A stretch of DNA of 64,000 bases, from contig JAWXAQ010000033.1 in the NCBI GenBank assembly GCA_034439575.1, forward strand, positions 1 to 64,000, given 5' to 3'. Shown here piece after piece: positions 1-8,162 of this stretch. A program made the translations under genes and the position numbers. Within the stretch, counting starts at the first letter, position 1. Every line of letters begins with the position of its first letter. This stretch comes from Leptospira sp. GTDB lineage: Bacteria; Spirochaetota; Leptospiria; Leptospirales; Leptospiraceae. The notes below the pieces were generated by a model. It was given only the letters and a program-made list of their open reading frames with translations, made no database searches and had not been told where the DNA came from.

Positions 1-231
1 AAATCAGATAACAAAGATAAATCAGATAACAAAGATAAATCAGATAACAAAGATAAATCAGATAACAAAGATAAATCAGATAACAAAGATAAATCAGATG
101 GCAAAGATAAATCAGATAACAAAGATAATTCAGATGGCAAAGATAAATCAGATAACAAAGATAATTCAGATGGCAAAGATAATTCAGATGGCAAAGATAA
201 TTCAGATGGCAAAGATAATTCAGATGGCAAT
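1..231 (+). repeat. 18-bp in-frame tandem repeat (VNTR), 12 full units plus a partial unit visible
   Basis: Units AAATCAGATAACAAAGAT (KSDNKD), AAATCAGATGGCAAAGAT and AATTCAGATGGCAAAGAT (NSDGKD) lie head-to-tail with no spacers. Confidence 0.97.
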
Positions 232-471
232 GGTTCGTTAAGTGAAACTGAGAAGAAACGGCAAGAATTAAAAATTGAAAGAGAGAAAAAGAAGCAAGAA
301 ACTACATTGAGTGAGGGTGAAACCAAAAAACTACTGGAATCGACGAGCAAACTCTACCCTAAAGAACCAAATGGGTATTGGAATCGCGAATATTATCGTC
401 ACAAACAAGAAATTTATATGAAAACTGATAGAGATGTTTTAGAGGAATCTATGAAACAAGCAAAGCCTTAA
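1..471 (+). CDS. 3' end of a hypothetical protein with a K/S/D/N-rich tandem-repeat linker (5'-truncated by window edge; absent from ORF track)
   Basis: Frame +1 is open from base 1 (KSDNKD... then GSLSETEKKRQELKIEREKKKQE...EESMKQAKP) to TAA at 469-471. Confidence 0.8.
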   Translation, partial: KSDNKDKSDNKDKSDNKDKSDNKDKSDNKDKSDGKDKSDNKDNSDGKDKSDNKDNSDGKDNSDGKDNSDGKDNSDGNGSLSETEKKRQELKIEREKKKQETTLSEGETKKLLESTSKLYPKEPNGYWNREYYRHKQEIYMKTDRDVLEESMKQAKP

Positions 472-2889
472 TTATGATTTGTTAACAGGTAATGTAACTT
501 TAAATATTGTTTCACCGACCTTACTTTTTACTTCAATGAATCCGCCGTGGGATTCTATAATTTTTTTGGCAGTCGGAAGTCCGAGTCCCGTTCCCATTCC
601 TAGTTCCTTGGTTGTAAAGAACGGCTCAAAAATATTTGTCATATTTTCTTCGGAAATGCCTTCCCCATTATCTTTTACATATACGTGAACTAATTCTTCA
701 TCTAACTCAGAATAAATATTGACTACTCCTTTTGTTTTGGCAGTCGCTTGTAAGGCATTATAAATTAGATTGGTCCAGACTTGAACCAATTCATCTGGAT
801 ATCCGTGAATTTTGATATTATTATCTATACTAACTTCAATTAAAGTTCCTTGTTTCCAAACATTAGAGTACATTTGCAATACGCTTTCAATGCCTTCTTT
901 CAAATCAAAGGTTACTTTGTTTTCTTTGGGTCCAGGATAAGAATAATGCTTTAATGAAAAAACTATTTTTGAAGCACGTTCTATTGCCGTTTCAATGATT
1001 GAAAGATGAAAAAGACTTTGTTTTCGAAGTATGGCATATAAGAATGCATCCCGAATATTTTTCATAGAAAACAAAGTTCTATCTTCTTCCGAAATGGATG
1101 TAACACCAAGATCAAAACATAAGTCACTCAAACCGATCGGATCTTCATAACCAACCGATGCAAAGAAATTTCCCAGTTCACGTTTGCGTTTCATTTTTGA
1201 AATATTGGGACTTATTTCAGTCTCCTTATTATGGAAAACAAGATTTTCCATATGATCAGTTTCAAAAACTTTATCTTTGTGATTGGGAAGATTTAAAAAC
1301 AATGGATCATTTTTTAAAAATGCGACACTTGCTTTGATTGCCGCCAAAGGGTTGTTAATTTCATGGGCTACACCTGCTGCAATTTTTCCCAATGTAGACA
1401 TTCGTTCGGCAAACAATAATGCTGATTGTGTTTTTTTAAGTTCTACTAGTTTTAAATGTAACTCTTCTGTTCTATCTTTCACAAGTGATTCAAGATTTTC
1501 GGTAGAATTTTTAACTCTACCGATCATTTGATTGAAACTATCTGAAATTTGTCCTATTTCATCGTACGTTGTTATAGGGATATGAGTGTTTAAATCTCCA
1601 GTCTGCATTCGAAAGATTCCATTCAATAAACGATTCAGTGGTTCAATGATATTGGTTCTATGTAAGATAGGATAAAGTAAGAATATGGCAACCAGAGTAA
1701 TGATAAGAATGAATAACAGCCATAATACTATCGTATGTATTTTTCTTCGATAATCTCTATATGTGATACCCATACTATAGCGAAGGTTTTTTGCATGAAA
1801 ATCACTTAGCCAAAATATTCCTTCATGTTTAGGAACTAAATTTACTAGATGAAAATTATTATAAAATGGCTGTAGTTCTTTGAACTGAGATATTTGAATA
1901 TAGTCTTTCTGAATTTTATTAATTATTAATTTCGAATTGAAATGGTCAATTAGTAGATCCGTTTGATGGATGATAGGATATGATGCACCTTTTTCCAATT
2001 GGATCTTTACAAAATCTTTTTCCCGATCCAAGTCGATTTGAAAGTCTTTTTGGTACCTGTTGAATATAATATTGGCGATCAAAGACAAAACTAAATATAT
2101 CAATGTGACATTGAATGTCATAATTTTGAAACTGACACTTGTCGGAAAATTTTCTTGGTTCAAAACATTTAGAATTACTGTTGTGACTGATAAAAAAGTA
2201 ACATTCGTTAGTAGAAATAAATAAAATTCACTTCCCATTATTTTTAAATCTACCAGAATATTTAAAAATGCCATACAAAGAATAGCAAGAGCCGCTAAAA
2301 TAAATTTGAGTATTTGTTTTTTGATTCGAACATTTACTATTTTATACTTGATAATGAGAACGATTACACAAGCTAACAATTGTAAACATACGACAGAAGC
2401 TATGCTTAGTATGCTACCTTCGATTAAGGGATCATCTGAATATTGTGCTGGGACATAAAATTCCAAATTTTCATCGAATCCGATTTTGCGATAGAAAAAG
2501 CCCCAAATATTATATGTGACAGCAATCAGAGAAGTGATGCCTGAAATATAGAGATACTGCATTCTCGTTTTTGGCCAATGGTCTTCCCCGAATCGGAAGG
2601 AAGCAGAGAGTAAAGCAGTGCCTAGCAGTAGAACTGCGGGATTTTTAATAAAAACAAATAAGTAGGAAGTCCAAGTTTCTAAATACGAATTGCAAATTGC
2701 CCAACAAAGGCTCCAGACCACGAGGGAGAAAAGGAAAATTTGGTAGTCTAGAAAAGATGGTGGGAGTCTTTTCCTTTTTCGGAAAAAATAAACAAACGCC
2801 GTTCCGATCACCAAAGCCAAGCTATAGTAATAAAAGCTATAAAAGTTTAATAACAAACAAAGTCCTTCGCAATGGTAATGCCCAACCAT
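472..2889 (-). CDS. Membrane sensor histidine kinase (multi-TM N-terminus, HAMP, HisKA, HATPase_c)
   Basis: HAMP (PLNRLL...GDL...DEIGQISDSFNQM), H-box AGVAHEINNPL, N-box QVWTNLIYNALQA, DNGEGI, FEPFFTTK, GTGLGL. Start taken as ATG 2889 or later, because the track start (2973) lies inside the operator array. Confidence 0.92.
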   Translation of the reverse strand: MVGHYHCEGLCLLLNFYSFYYYSLALVIGTAFVYFFRKRKRLPPSFLDYQIFLFSLVVWSLCWAICNSYLETWTSYLFVFIKNPAVLLLGTALLSASFRFGEDHWPKTRMQYLYISGITSLIAVTYNIWGFFYRKIGFDENLEFYVPAQYSDDPLIEGSILSIASVVCLQLLACVIVLIIKYKIVNVRIKKQILKFILAALAILCMAFLNILVDLKIMGSEFYLFLLTNVTFLSVTTVILNVLNQENFPTSVSFKIMTFNVTLIYLVLSLIANIIFNRYQKDFQIDLDREKDFVKIQLEKGASYPIIHQTDLLIDHFNSKLIINKIQKDYIQISQFKELQPFYNNFHLVNLVPKHEGIFWLSDFHAKNLRYSMGITYRDYRRKIHTIVLWLLFILIITLVAIFLLYPILHRTNIIEPLNRLLNGIFRMQTGDLNTHIPITTYDEIGQISDSFNQMIGRVKNSTENLESLVKDRTEELHLKLVELKKTQSALLFAERMSTLGKIAAGVAHEINNPLAAIKASVAFLKNDPLFLNLPNHKDKVFETDHMENLVFHNKETEISPNISKMKRKRELGNFFASVGYEDPIGLSDLCFDLGVTSISEEDRTLFSMKNIRDAFLYAILRKQSLFHLSIIETAIERASKIVFSLKHYSYPGPKENKVTFDLKEGIESVLQMYSNVWKQGTLIEVSIDNNIKIHGYPDELVQVWTNLIYNALQATAKTKGVVNIYSELDEELVHVYVKDNGEGISEENMTNIFEPFFTTKELGMGTGLGLPTAKKIIESHGGFIEVKSKVGETIFKVTLPVNKS

Positions 2890-2930
2890 GAATTTGACGC
2901 AGAAAACGTAAGGAAAGAATGTTTTTTTTG

Positions 2931-3007
2931 TGGTGCAGTGCACAAAATTGAGCTGGACAATTGTGCGTCGCATAAAAAGATGGTTTTACTGATTGTGCGA
3001 TGCACAA
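2931..3007. promoter_or_regulatory. Three palindromic TTGTGC-N3-GCACAA-type boxes in a divergent promoter region
   Basis: TGGTGCAGTGCACAA (2931-2945), TTGTGCGTCGCATAA (2961-2975), TTGTGCGATGCACAA (2993-3007); spacing 30 and 32 bp. Confidence 0.7.
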
Positions 3008-3019
3008 CGAGGTGAAAAC

Positions 3020-3685
3020 ATGATACGCGAAAAAGGCAAAAAAATCCTAAAATTGGCTCTGGGCTTACTTCTTGTATCCCTTTCTCTTTTCGAATCTTAC
3101 GGGAAAACAAGCAGAGAATCGGATCTCTCTTCCCAGAAAAAGGAAATACAAAGGATCGCAGATTATATTGGAAAACAAAGGCCAGGTCTAGCTCGCAGTG
3201 AAAAGGCCGAATTGGCAAAAGCAATTTTCGATCACTCCCATCTCCTTCGATTTCCTTCTCGATCTGAATTCGCAAAAGAAAAAGACATTGATAGAGTCGC
3301 ATTTTTACTTGGAGTCATTCAAACTGAATCACAGTTCAAGAGAACTGCGAAGTCTCACAAAGGTGCACTCGGTTATATGCAGATCATGCCAGACACAGCC
3401 AAATGGCTTGCTCGCTCAAAATCTATAGCATACAAAGATAAGAAGGATTTATATTCTACAGAGATTAATATCAAGATGGGTGTTCTTTATTTAAATGATC
3501 TAATGAAAGAAACAGGGTCACCAAAGGATGCACTTCTTGCTTATAATGCAGGTCTTGGTGGGTTTCGCAAATGGGGTGGACTCTCATCTTATCCTAAGTC
3601 CATTGCAGTGCACTACCATGCATGGAAAGAATTTAAAGAAAGCAGAATGGTGTTTGAAGATCTCGCCTTCTTAAAAGCAGAATAA
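3020..3685 (+). CDS. Lytic transglycosylase (SLT domain), exported
   Basis: SLT motifs IQTESQF (catalytic Glu), SHKGALGYMQIMP, NIKMGVLYL, ALLAYNAG; N-terminal hydrophobic segment; GAGGTG RBS before ATG 3020. Confidence 0.9.
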   Translation: MIREKGKKILKLALGLLLVSLSLFESYGKTSRESDLSSQKKEIQRIADYIGKQRPGLARSEKAELAKAIFDHSHLLRFPSRSEFAKEKDIDRVAFLLGVIQTESQFKRTAKSHKGALGYMQIMPDTAKWLARSKSIAYKDKKDLYSTEINIKMGVLYLNDLMKETGSPKDALLAYNAGLGGFRKWGGLSSYPKSIAVHYHAWKEFKESRMVFEDLAFLKAE

Positions 3686-3753
3686 ATTTTACTTTACATT
3701 CAGAATTTTGGCTCCAGCCTCTAATCCGTTTTTACAATAAAGGTGGTTTAGGT

Positions 3754-4953
3754 ATGGAGCTTCTTCGTAGATACGGATTGTATCTCGCAATAGTATTAGC
3801 ATTGGTGATTGTGGTAGTTTTTTTTGTTTTTAGAAACGGCCATGATAACGATTCAGAGACAAGTCAAAGATCCAAACAAGACATGATGTCGAGTTCAAGT
3901 GATCCATCTAGCAGTAATTATACGGGTGGCGGTGATGGAGGGGGCGGGGATATTCCAGATGATGGAGCAACTCCTGCACTTTTAATTGAACAGTATGAAG
4001 AATGGGCGCAGTATCCTCCCTATTCAAGACCCATGTCGATATTAAATCATGACCTCGCATTTCCCTTCATTATCGAAAATTCACCTGATTACCAATTGGA
4101 CCAAAAGACCAAAGAAGCGAATGGATATGTATGTCTATTTCAACCAAAATCTTGGTCAGTGATTGGTAACAAAGATTTAATGTATGTTACACTAGAGTGT
4201 AGAGACAAAGAAAGAAATCGAGTCAAAATTTCCATAGACTCTCATCAGGTTTTTAGAGAATGGGAAGGCCAACGTTATGGTGCTGTTAGTGCAGATGTAA
4301 ATGATAATGGCACTGACGGGGATCAAACTCGTGGTGACAATGTTTATACCTTCTCTTGGAAACCAGGTAAAGCAGACTGGGGACAAATGTCTCTTGTTGT
4401 CAACATTACATATGGACGAGAAAGTCTTAAAACAACTGTTACAGCTAGTTTCTTTTCCTCACCGACGATTCCTGCCGAATTCAATGGAGTATTCTCAGAT
4501 ACTCTTCAAGATGGATCTCTTGTAGTTCGTGCTGTCGTAAATGTTTTCAAAAAAGGGAAGTATCATCTTGAAGCAAATTTAAAAGATGAGAAAAATGGAG
4601 AGTACATTGCGTACGCAATTTATGATGGAGATTTAAAAGCGGGTTCAAATGAAGTAGAGTTTATTTTCTTCGGAAAAATCTTAAGAGATAAAGATTTGGA
4701 CGGACCTTATATCGCCACATCGTTTAGAGGACACCGAGTAAACTTGCCGATCGATCCTGAATGGTATAACCAGGGGGAAGAAGGACTACGAAAATTGCAG
4801 GCAGCTAAAACTGTTGAGCCGGATCGGGAGCTTGTTTATCCTTATAAGGATGAATACAAAACAAAATTGTATAAAGTTGAGTCTTTTGCTAAAGTTGTTT
4901 GGGATTCGCAAGATAAACAAGAGAGACTTCGCCAATTAAAATCTCTCCAATAA
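3754..4953 (+). CDS. Membrane-anchored protein with a choice-of-anchor X-like motif
   Basis: N-terminal TM anchor, Ser/Gly linker, motif NDNGTDGDQTRGDNVYT, beta-rich C-terminal half. Confidence 0.65.
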   Translation: MELLRRYGLYLAIVLALVIVVVFFVFRNGHDNDSETSQRSKQDMMSSSSDPSSSNYTGGGDGGGGDIPDDGATPALLIEQYEEWAQYPPYSRPMSILNHDLAFPFIIENSPDYQLDQKTKEANGYVCLFQPKSWSVIGNKDLMYVTLECRDKERNRVKISIDSHQVFREWEGQRYGAVSADVNDNGTDGDQTRGDNVYTFSWKPGKADWGQMSLVVNITYGRESLKTTVTASFFSSPTIPAEFNGVFSDTLQDGSLVVRAVVNVFKKGKYHLEANLKDEKNGEYIAYAIYDGDLKAGSNEVEFIFFGKILRDKDLDGPYIATSFRGHRVNLPIDPEWYNQGEEGLRKLQAAKTVEPDRELVYPYKDEYKTKLYKVESFAKVVWDSQDKQERLRQLKSLQ

Positions 4954-4964
4954 AAGGATTATAA

Positions 4965-7502
4965 ATGATTCATTTTGATTTTCAAAGTATCAGTCTGAAA
5001 ATTAAAAAAAGACCCTTCCTTATAGGAGGGGTTCTTTTTGTACTATTACTTCCAGTAATTTCCCATTTTGTTTTTTGGGGATTGGTTCGTGCCAAAGCAC
5101 CTATTTATACACAAACGATAAAACACCCATTCCTTACTTCAAAAGTTACAGTGACTAGAGATTCTGCAGGTATTCCCCATATCGAAGGTGACGATGCTAA
5201 ATCCGCCTACTTTGCCTTAGGTTATACTTTCGCCCAAGATCGCTTGTTTCAGATGGAGTTACAAAGACGCATTGGAAAGGGTGAGTTGACTTCTCTTTTT
5301 GGAGAAGCACTACTTGATTCTGATAAATTTTTAAAATCACTATTATTGAAAAAAGCTGCTGAAGATTACGTGAATGAAAAATCTCATTTGTATCCTGAAG
5401 CATGGGAACAACTCGATTATTTTTTAGCAGGTGCAAACGCCTTTGTTGATGAAGGAACTTACCCGATCGAATTTACTATATTAGGTGTGACTCCAAAACA
5501 TTTCACTAGAGTTGAAGCCATTTCCTTTTTATTTTATATGGGATTTTCTTTTGCAGAAGGAATCAAGTCAGATAGTCTATTTTCTATTTTGGAAAAAAGT
5601 ATCAAAGGACGTGATGTTTCTGAACTATTTCCAAGGTATGATAGAGAAGGAAAAAATGTAACCATCATTGAATCGCAACCTGGTATTCCTGTTCTTTCAG
5701 CAAACCAAAATCCAAATTTAAATGATTCAAATATTAAAGATTCACTTCTTCCGAATTCACCCAAGGATTCTTTCAGTCAAATAAATGCAGATCTGACATC
5801 TATACAAAGTTTTGCGACGATCCTAAAGACCATAGATAATTTGTTATTACCGATTGAACCTTTGGAAGGTAGCAATTCTTGGCTCATTGCACCTTCTCGT
5901 TCTGCGAGTGGTGGTGCCATTCTTGCCAACGATCCTCATATTGCTCTATCAAACCCAGGCGCTTGGTATGAAGCTCATATAAAATTTCCTGGTTATGAAA
6001 ACTATGGATATTTTTTATCTATCATTCCATTCCCACTCATTGCACATAACAAAGAGAAGGCATGGGGTCTAACCATGTTAGAACATGATGATGTCAATTT
6101 ATACTTTGAAACCATTGAAGGTGACAAAGTAATGGAAAAAGGAAAATTTGTCCCTCTCCAAGTATACGAAGACAAAATTATTTTCAAAGATGGTCATGAA
6201 GAAAAATTTCCCGTTCAGATTACATCCCACGGCCCAATATTTACAGAACATATAAAAGGATACAAAGGAAGGCCTGTTAGTTTGTATTGGGCTCTACATC
6301 ACCTAAAAAATCCACTCTTAGATGTTTTGTATAAGATGGGTAAGTCTTCTAGTTTTTCTGAATTAGATTCGGCTTCTTCACTTATTGCGGCACCAGGCCT
6401 TAATTTTAGTTATGCGGATGCAAAAGGAAATATTGCTTATTATTCTGTCGGTCGATTCCCTATTTTAAAATCAGGCAATCCTAGAAAAATATTAGAAGGG
6501 GCAACGGGTGAAAATGATGTAATCGGTTATGTTCCGAGTTCAGCTAATCCAAAGTTAATCAATCCAAAAAACGGAATCATCGTTACCGCAAATAATATGG
6601 TAACATCCGCAAAAATAACAGGATTGAATTCTGTGGAAGGGAATTGGCAACCAGCTGATCGTTTCTTGCGTCTAACGGATGTACTCGGTCGACAAGAAAA
6701 ATGGTCCTTAGAAGAAATGGCCAGTTTACAAACTGATTCTTTTTCTTCATTTGCACCAACATATTTAGAAATCGCCTTACCTCATTTAGAGAAAATAAAA
6801 TCGCAGAATGGCAAACGTGCACTGGATCTTTTGAAAAAATGGGACTACCAACATTATCCTGGCTCACTTGGTGCCACAGTGTATGATGTATTTTTTTACC
6901 ATGTATTCAAAAACTTAGTATTAGATGAGTTAGGAGACGATAACTTTAAATTATATGGTGATATCGCAGAGTATTGGAATGCGTACCGCGGCCTAATCCG
7001 AAATCCAGATTCAAAATTTTGGGATGATGTAAATACTGTTAGTGCGATAGAAACCCAAGGTGATATTTTCCTTCGTTCATTGGAAGAAACGGTCACATAC
7101 TTAGAAAAAAATGTTTCAAGTTCTCCTTCTTTATGGAAATGGGAAAAGTTGTATAAAGTCAAACATCCTCATCCTTTGGGAGTGATACCTCTGATAGGTG
7201 GTGTTTTTGATATTGGTCCATTGCCTGGGATTGGTGGTTCAGAAGTGGTTAATAATTTAAAATACAAACTCGTAAAAGAAGATTGGACTGCGGTTTCAGG
7301 TCCTTCCAAAAGAAGGGTAATAGATTATGGACGATTTGAAGAATCAATCACCCAATTACCTATTGGGAATAGTGGGAATTTAGGGAGTCCGTATTATGGA
7401 AATATGGTGAATGATTATTTAGATGGTAAACATAGAAAAATTCTCTTTTCTAAGGAAAAATTTAGTGCTGGCGAAATAATGACATTCGAACCAGTAAAGT
7501 AA
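4965..7502 (+). CDS. Penicillin acylase family Ntn-hydrolase (peptidase S45)
   Basis: VTRDSAGIPHI, GYTFAQDRLFQMEL, beta-chain start GSNSW...ILANDPH, YADAKGNI, TANN, GNSGNLGSPYY. Confidence 0.93.
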   Translation: MIHFDFQSISLKIKKRPFLIGGVLFVLLLPVISHFVFWGLVRAKAPIYTQTIKHPFLTSKVTVTRDSAGIPHIEGDDAKSAYFALGYTFAQDRLFQMELQRRIGKGELTSLFGEALLDSDKFLKSLLLKKAAEDYVNEKSHLYPEAWEQLDYFLAGANAFVDEGTYPIEFTILGVTPKHFTRVEAISFLFYMGFSFAEGIKSDSLFSILEKSIKGRDVSELFPRYDREGKNVTIIESQPGIPVLSANQNPNLNDSNIKDSLLPNSPKDSFSQINADLTSIQSFATILKTIDNLLLPIEPLEGSNSWLIAPSRSASGGAILANDPHIALSNPGAWYEAHIKFPGYENYGYFLSIIPFPLIAHNKEKAWGLTMLEHDDVNLYFETIEGDKVMEKGKFVPLQVYEDKIIFKDGHEEKFPVQITSHGPIFTEHIKGYKGRPVSLYWALHHLKNPLLDVLYKMGKSSSFSELDSASSLIAAPGLNFSYADAKGNIAYYSVGRFPILKSGNPRKILEGATGENDVIGYVPSSANPKLINPKNGIIVTANNMVTSAKITGLNSVEGNWQPADRFLRLTDVLGRQEKWSLEEMASLQTDSFSSFAPTYLEIALPHLEKIKSQNGKRALDLLKKWDYQHYPGSLGATVYDVFFYHVFKNLVLDELGDDNFKLYGDIAEYWNAYRGLIRNPDSKFWDDVNTVSAIETQGDIFLRSLEETVTYLEKNVSSSPSLWKWEKLYKVKHPHPLGVIPLIGGVFDIGPLPGIGGSEVVNNLKYKLVKEDWTAVSGPSKRRVIDYGRFEESITQLPIGNSGNLGSPYYGNMVNDYLDGKHRKILFSKEKFSAGEIMTFEPVK

Positions 7503-7511
7503 TTTATAATG

Positions 7512-7548
7512 GATGAATCCTATTTCTATCTAAGGAGTAGGGTTCATC
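7512..7548. terminator. Stem-loop between convergent acylase and ccmH, likely terminator
   Basis: GATGAATCCTATTT...GAGTAGGGTTCATC pairs with G-U allowed. Confidence 0.6.
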
Positions 7549-7562
7549 TTAACAAATTTTTA

Positions 7563-8162
7563 TTAGGCTTGATCTTCCCATTTTTTAATCTGCTTTTGGA
7601 TATCTGTCGTATTCACTTGAATGGATGAGTCTGTTTTTTTGAAATCAGATTTGTTGAATTTTTTGAAATACAACCAAATTCCGGTTAACCCAATGAATCC
7701 TAATATTATTAATGTCAAATTGATATAAGTTGAATCTGGTTTCGCTAATATTTTATCACCAAATCCATAAACAATAGAATCCACCATACCTTGATTGCCA
7801 TCTTCTTGAAAATGAATTACAACTGGATCATTTAAGACTTTATCACCAAATCCATGTTCCATTTGGTAGATTATATCTTCTGCCTGCATTCCATCTTTGA
7901 TTCTATTTTCTATGAAATTTTTTAAGTATGCAGACGCCGTACACATATTAAACGAACAAGCCTGGATGGGAAGGCTTGGCAAACAGATACATCTGATTTT
8001 TTCTGTTACTTCCAGAAAGGTATTGATCTGACTCTGATCTTTTAGACTCGTCGTAGTCGTTTGCGCGTAAATAGAAAATGGAACTAGTAGACAGATTGCA
8101 AAAAGACTTAAGCTTTTTTTAACTTTGTAAAGGGTGGAAGTGAAAATGGAAAAATAATTCAC
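7563..8162 (-). CDS. ccmH: Cytochrome c biogenesis protein CcmH-like
   Basis: Signal peptide, EKIRCICLP...ACSFNMC (variant of LRCxxC), FGDKILAKP, C-terminal TM; overlaps the end of ccmF by 4 bp. Confidence 0.75.
   Translation of the reverse strand: MNYFSIFTSTLYKVKKSLSLFAICLLVPFSIYAQTTTTSLKDQSQINTFLEVTEKIRCICLPSLPIQACSFNMCTASAYLKNFIENRIKDGMQAEDIIYQMEHGFGDKVLNDPVVIHFQEDGNQGMVDSIVYGFGDKILAKPDSTYINLTLIILGFIGLTGIWLYFKKFNKSDFKKTDSSIQVNTTDIQKQIKKWEDQA

Noticed and set aside
1..231. Possible CRISPR array
   Set aside because: Head-to-tail 18-bp units with no unique spacers, in frame within a CDS, and no cas genes in the window.
2890..2973. N-terminal extension of the kinase in the ORF track
   Set aside because: Overlaps the palindromic boxes and a T-run; more plausibly intergenic.
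2847..3302. 151-aa minus-strand ORF
   Set aside because: Antisense to the SLT gene, spans the operator region, no recognisable motif.
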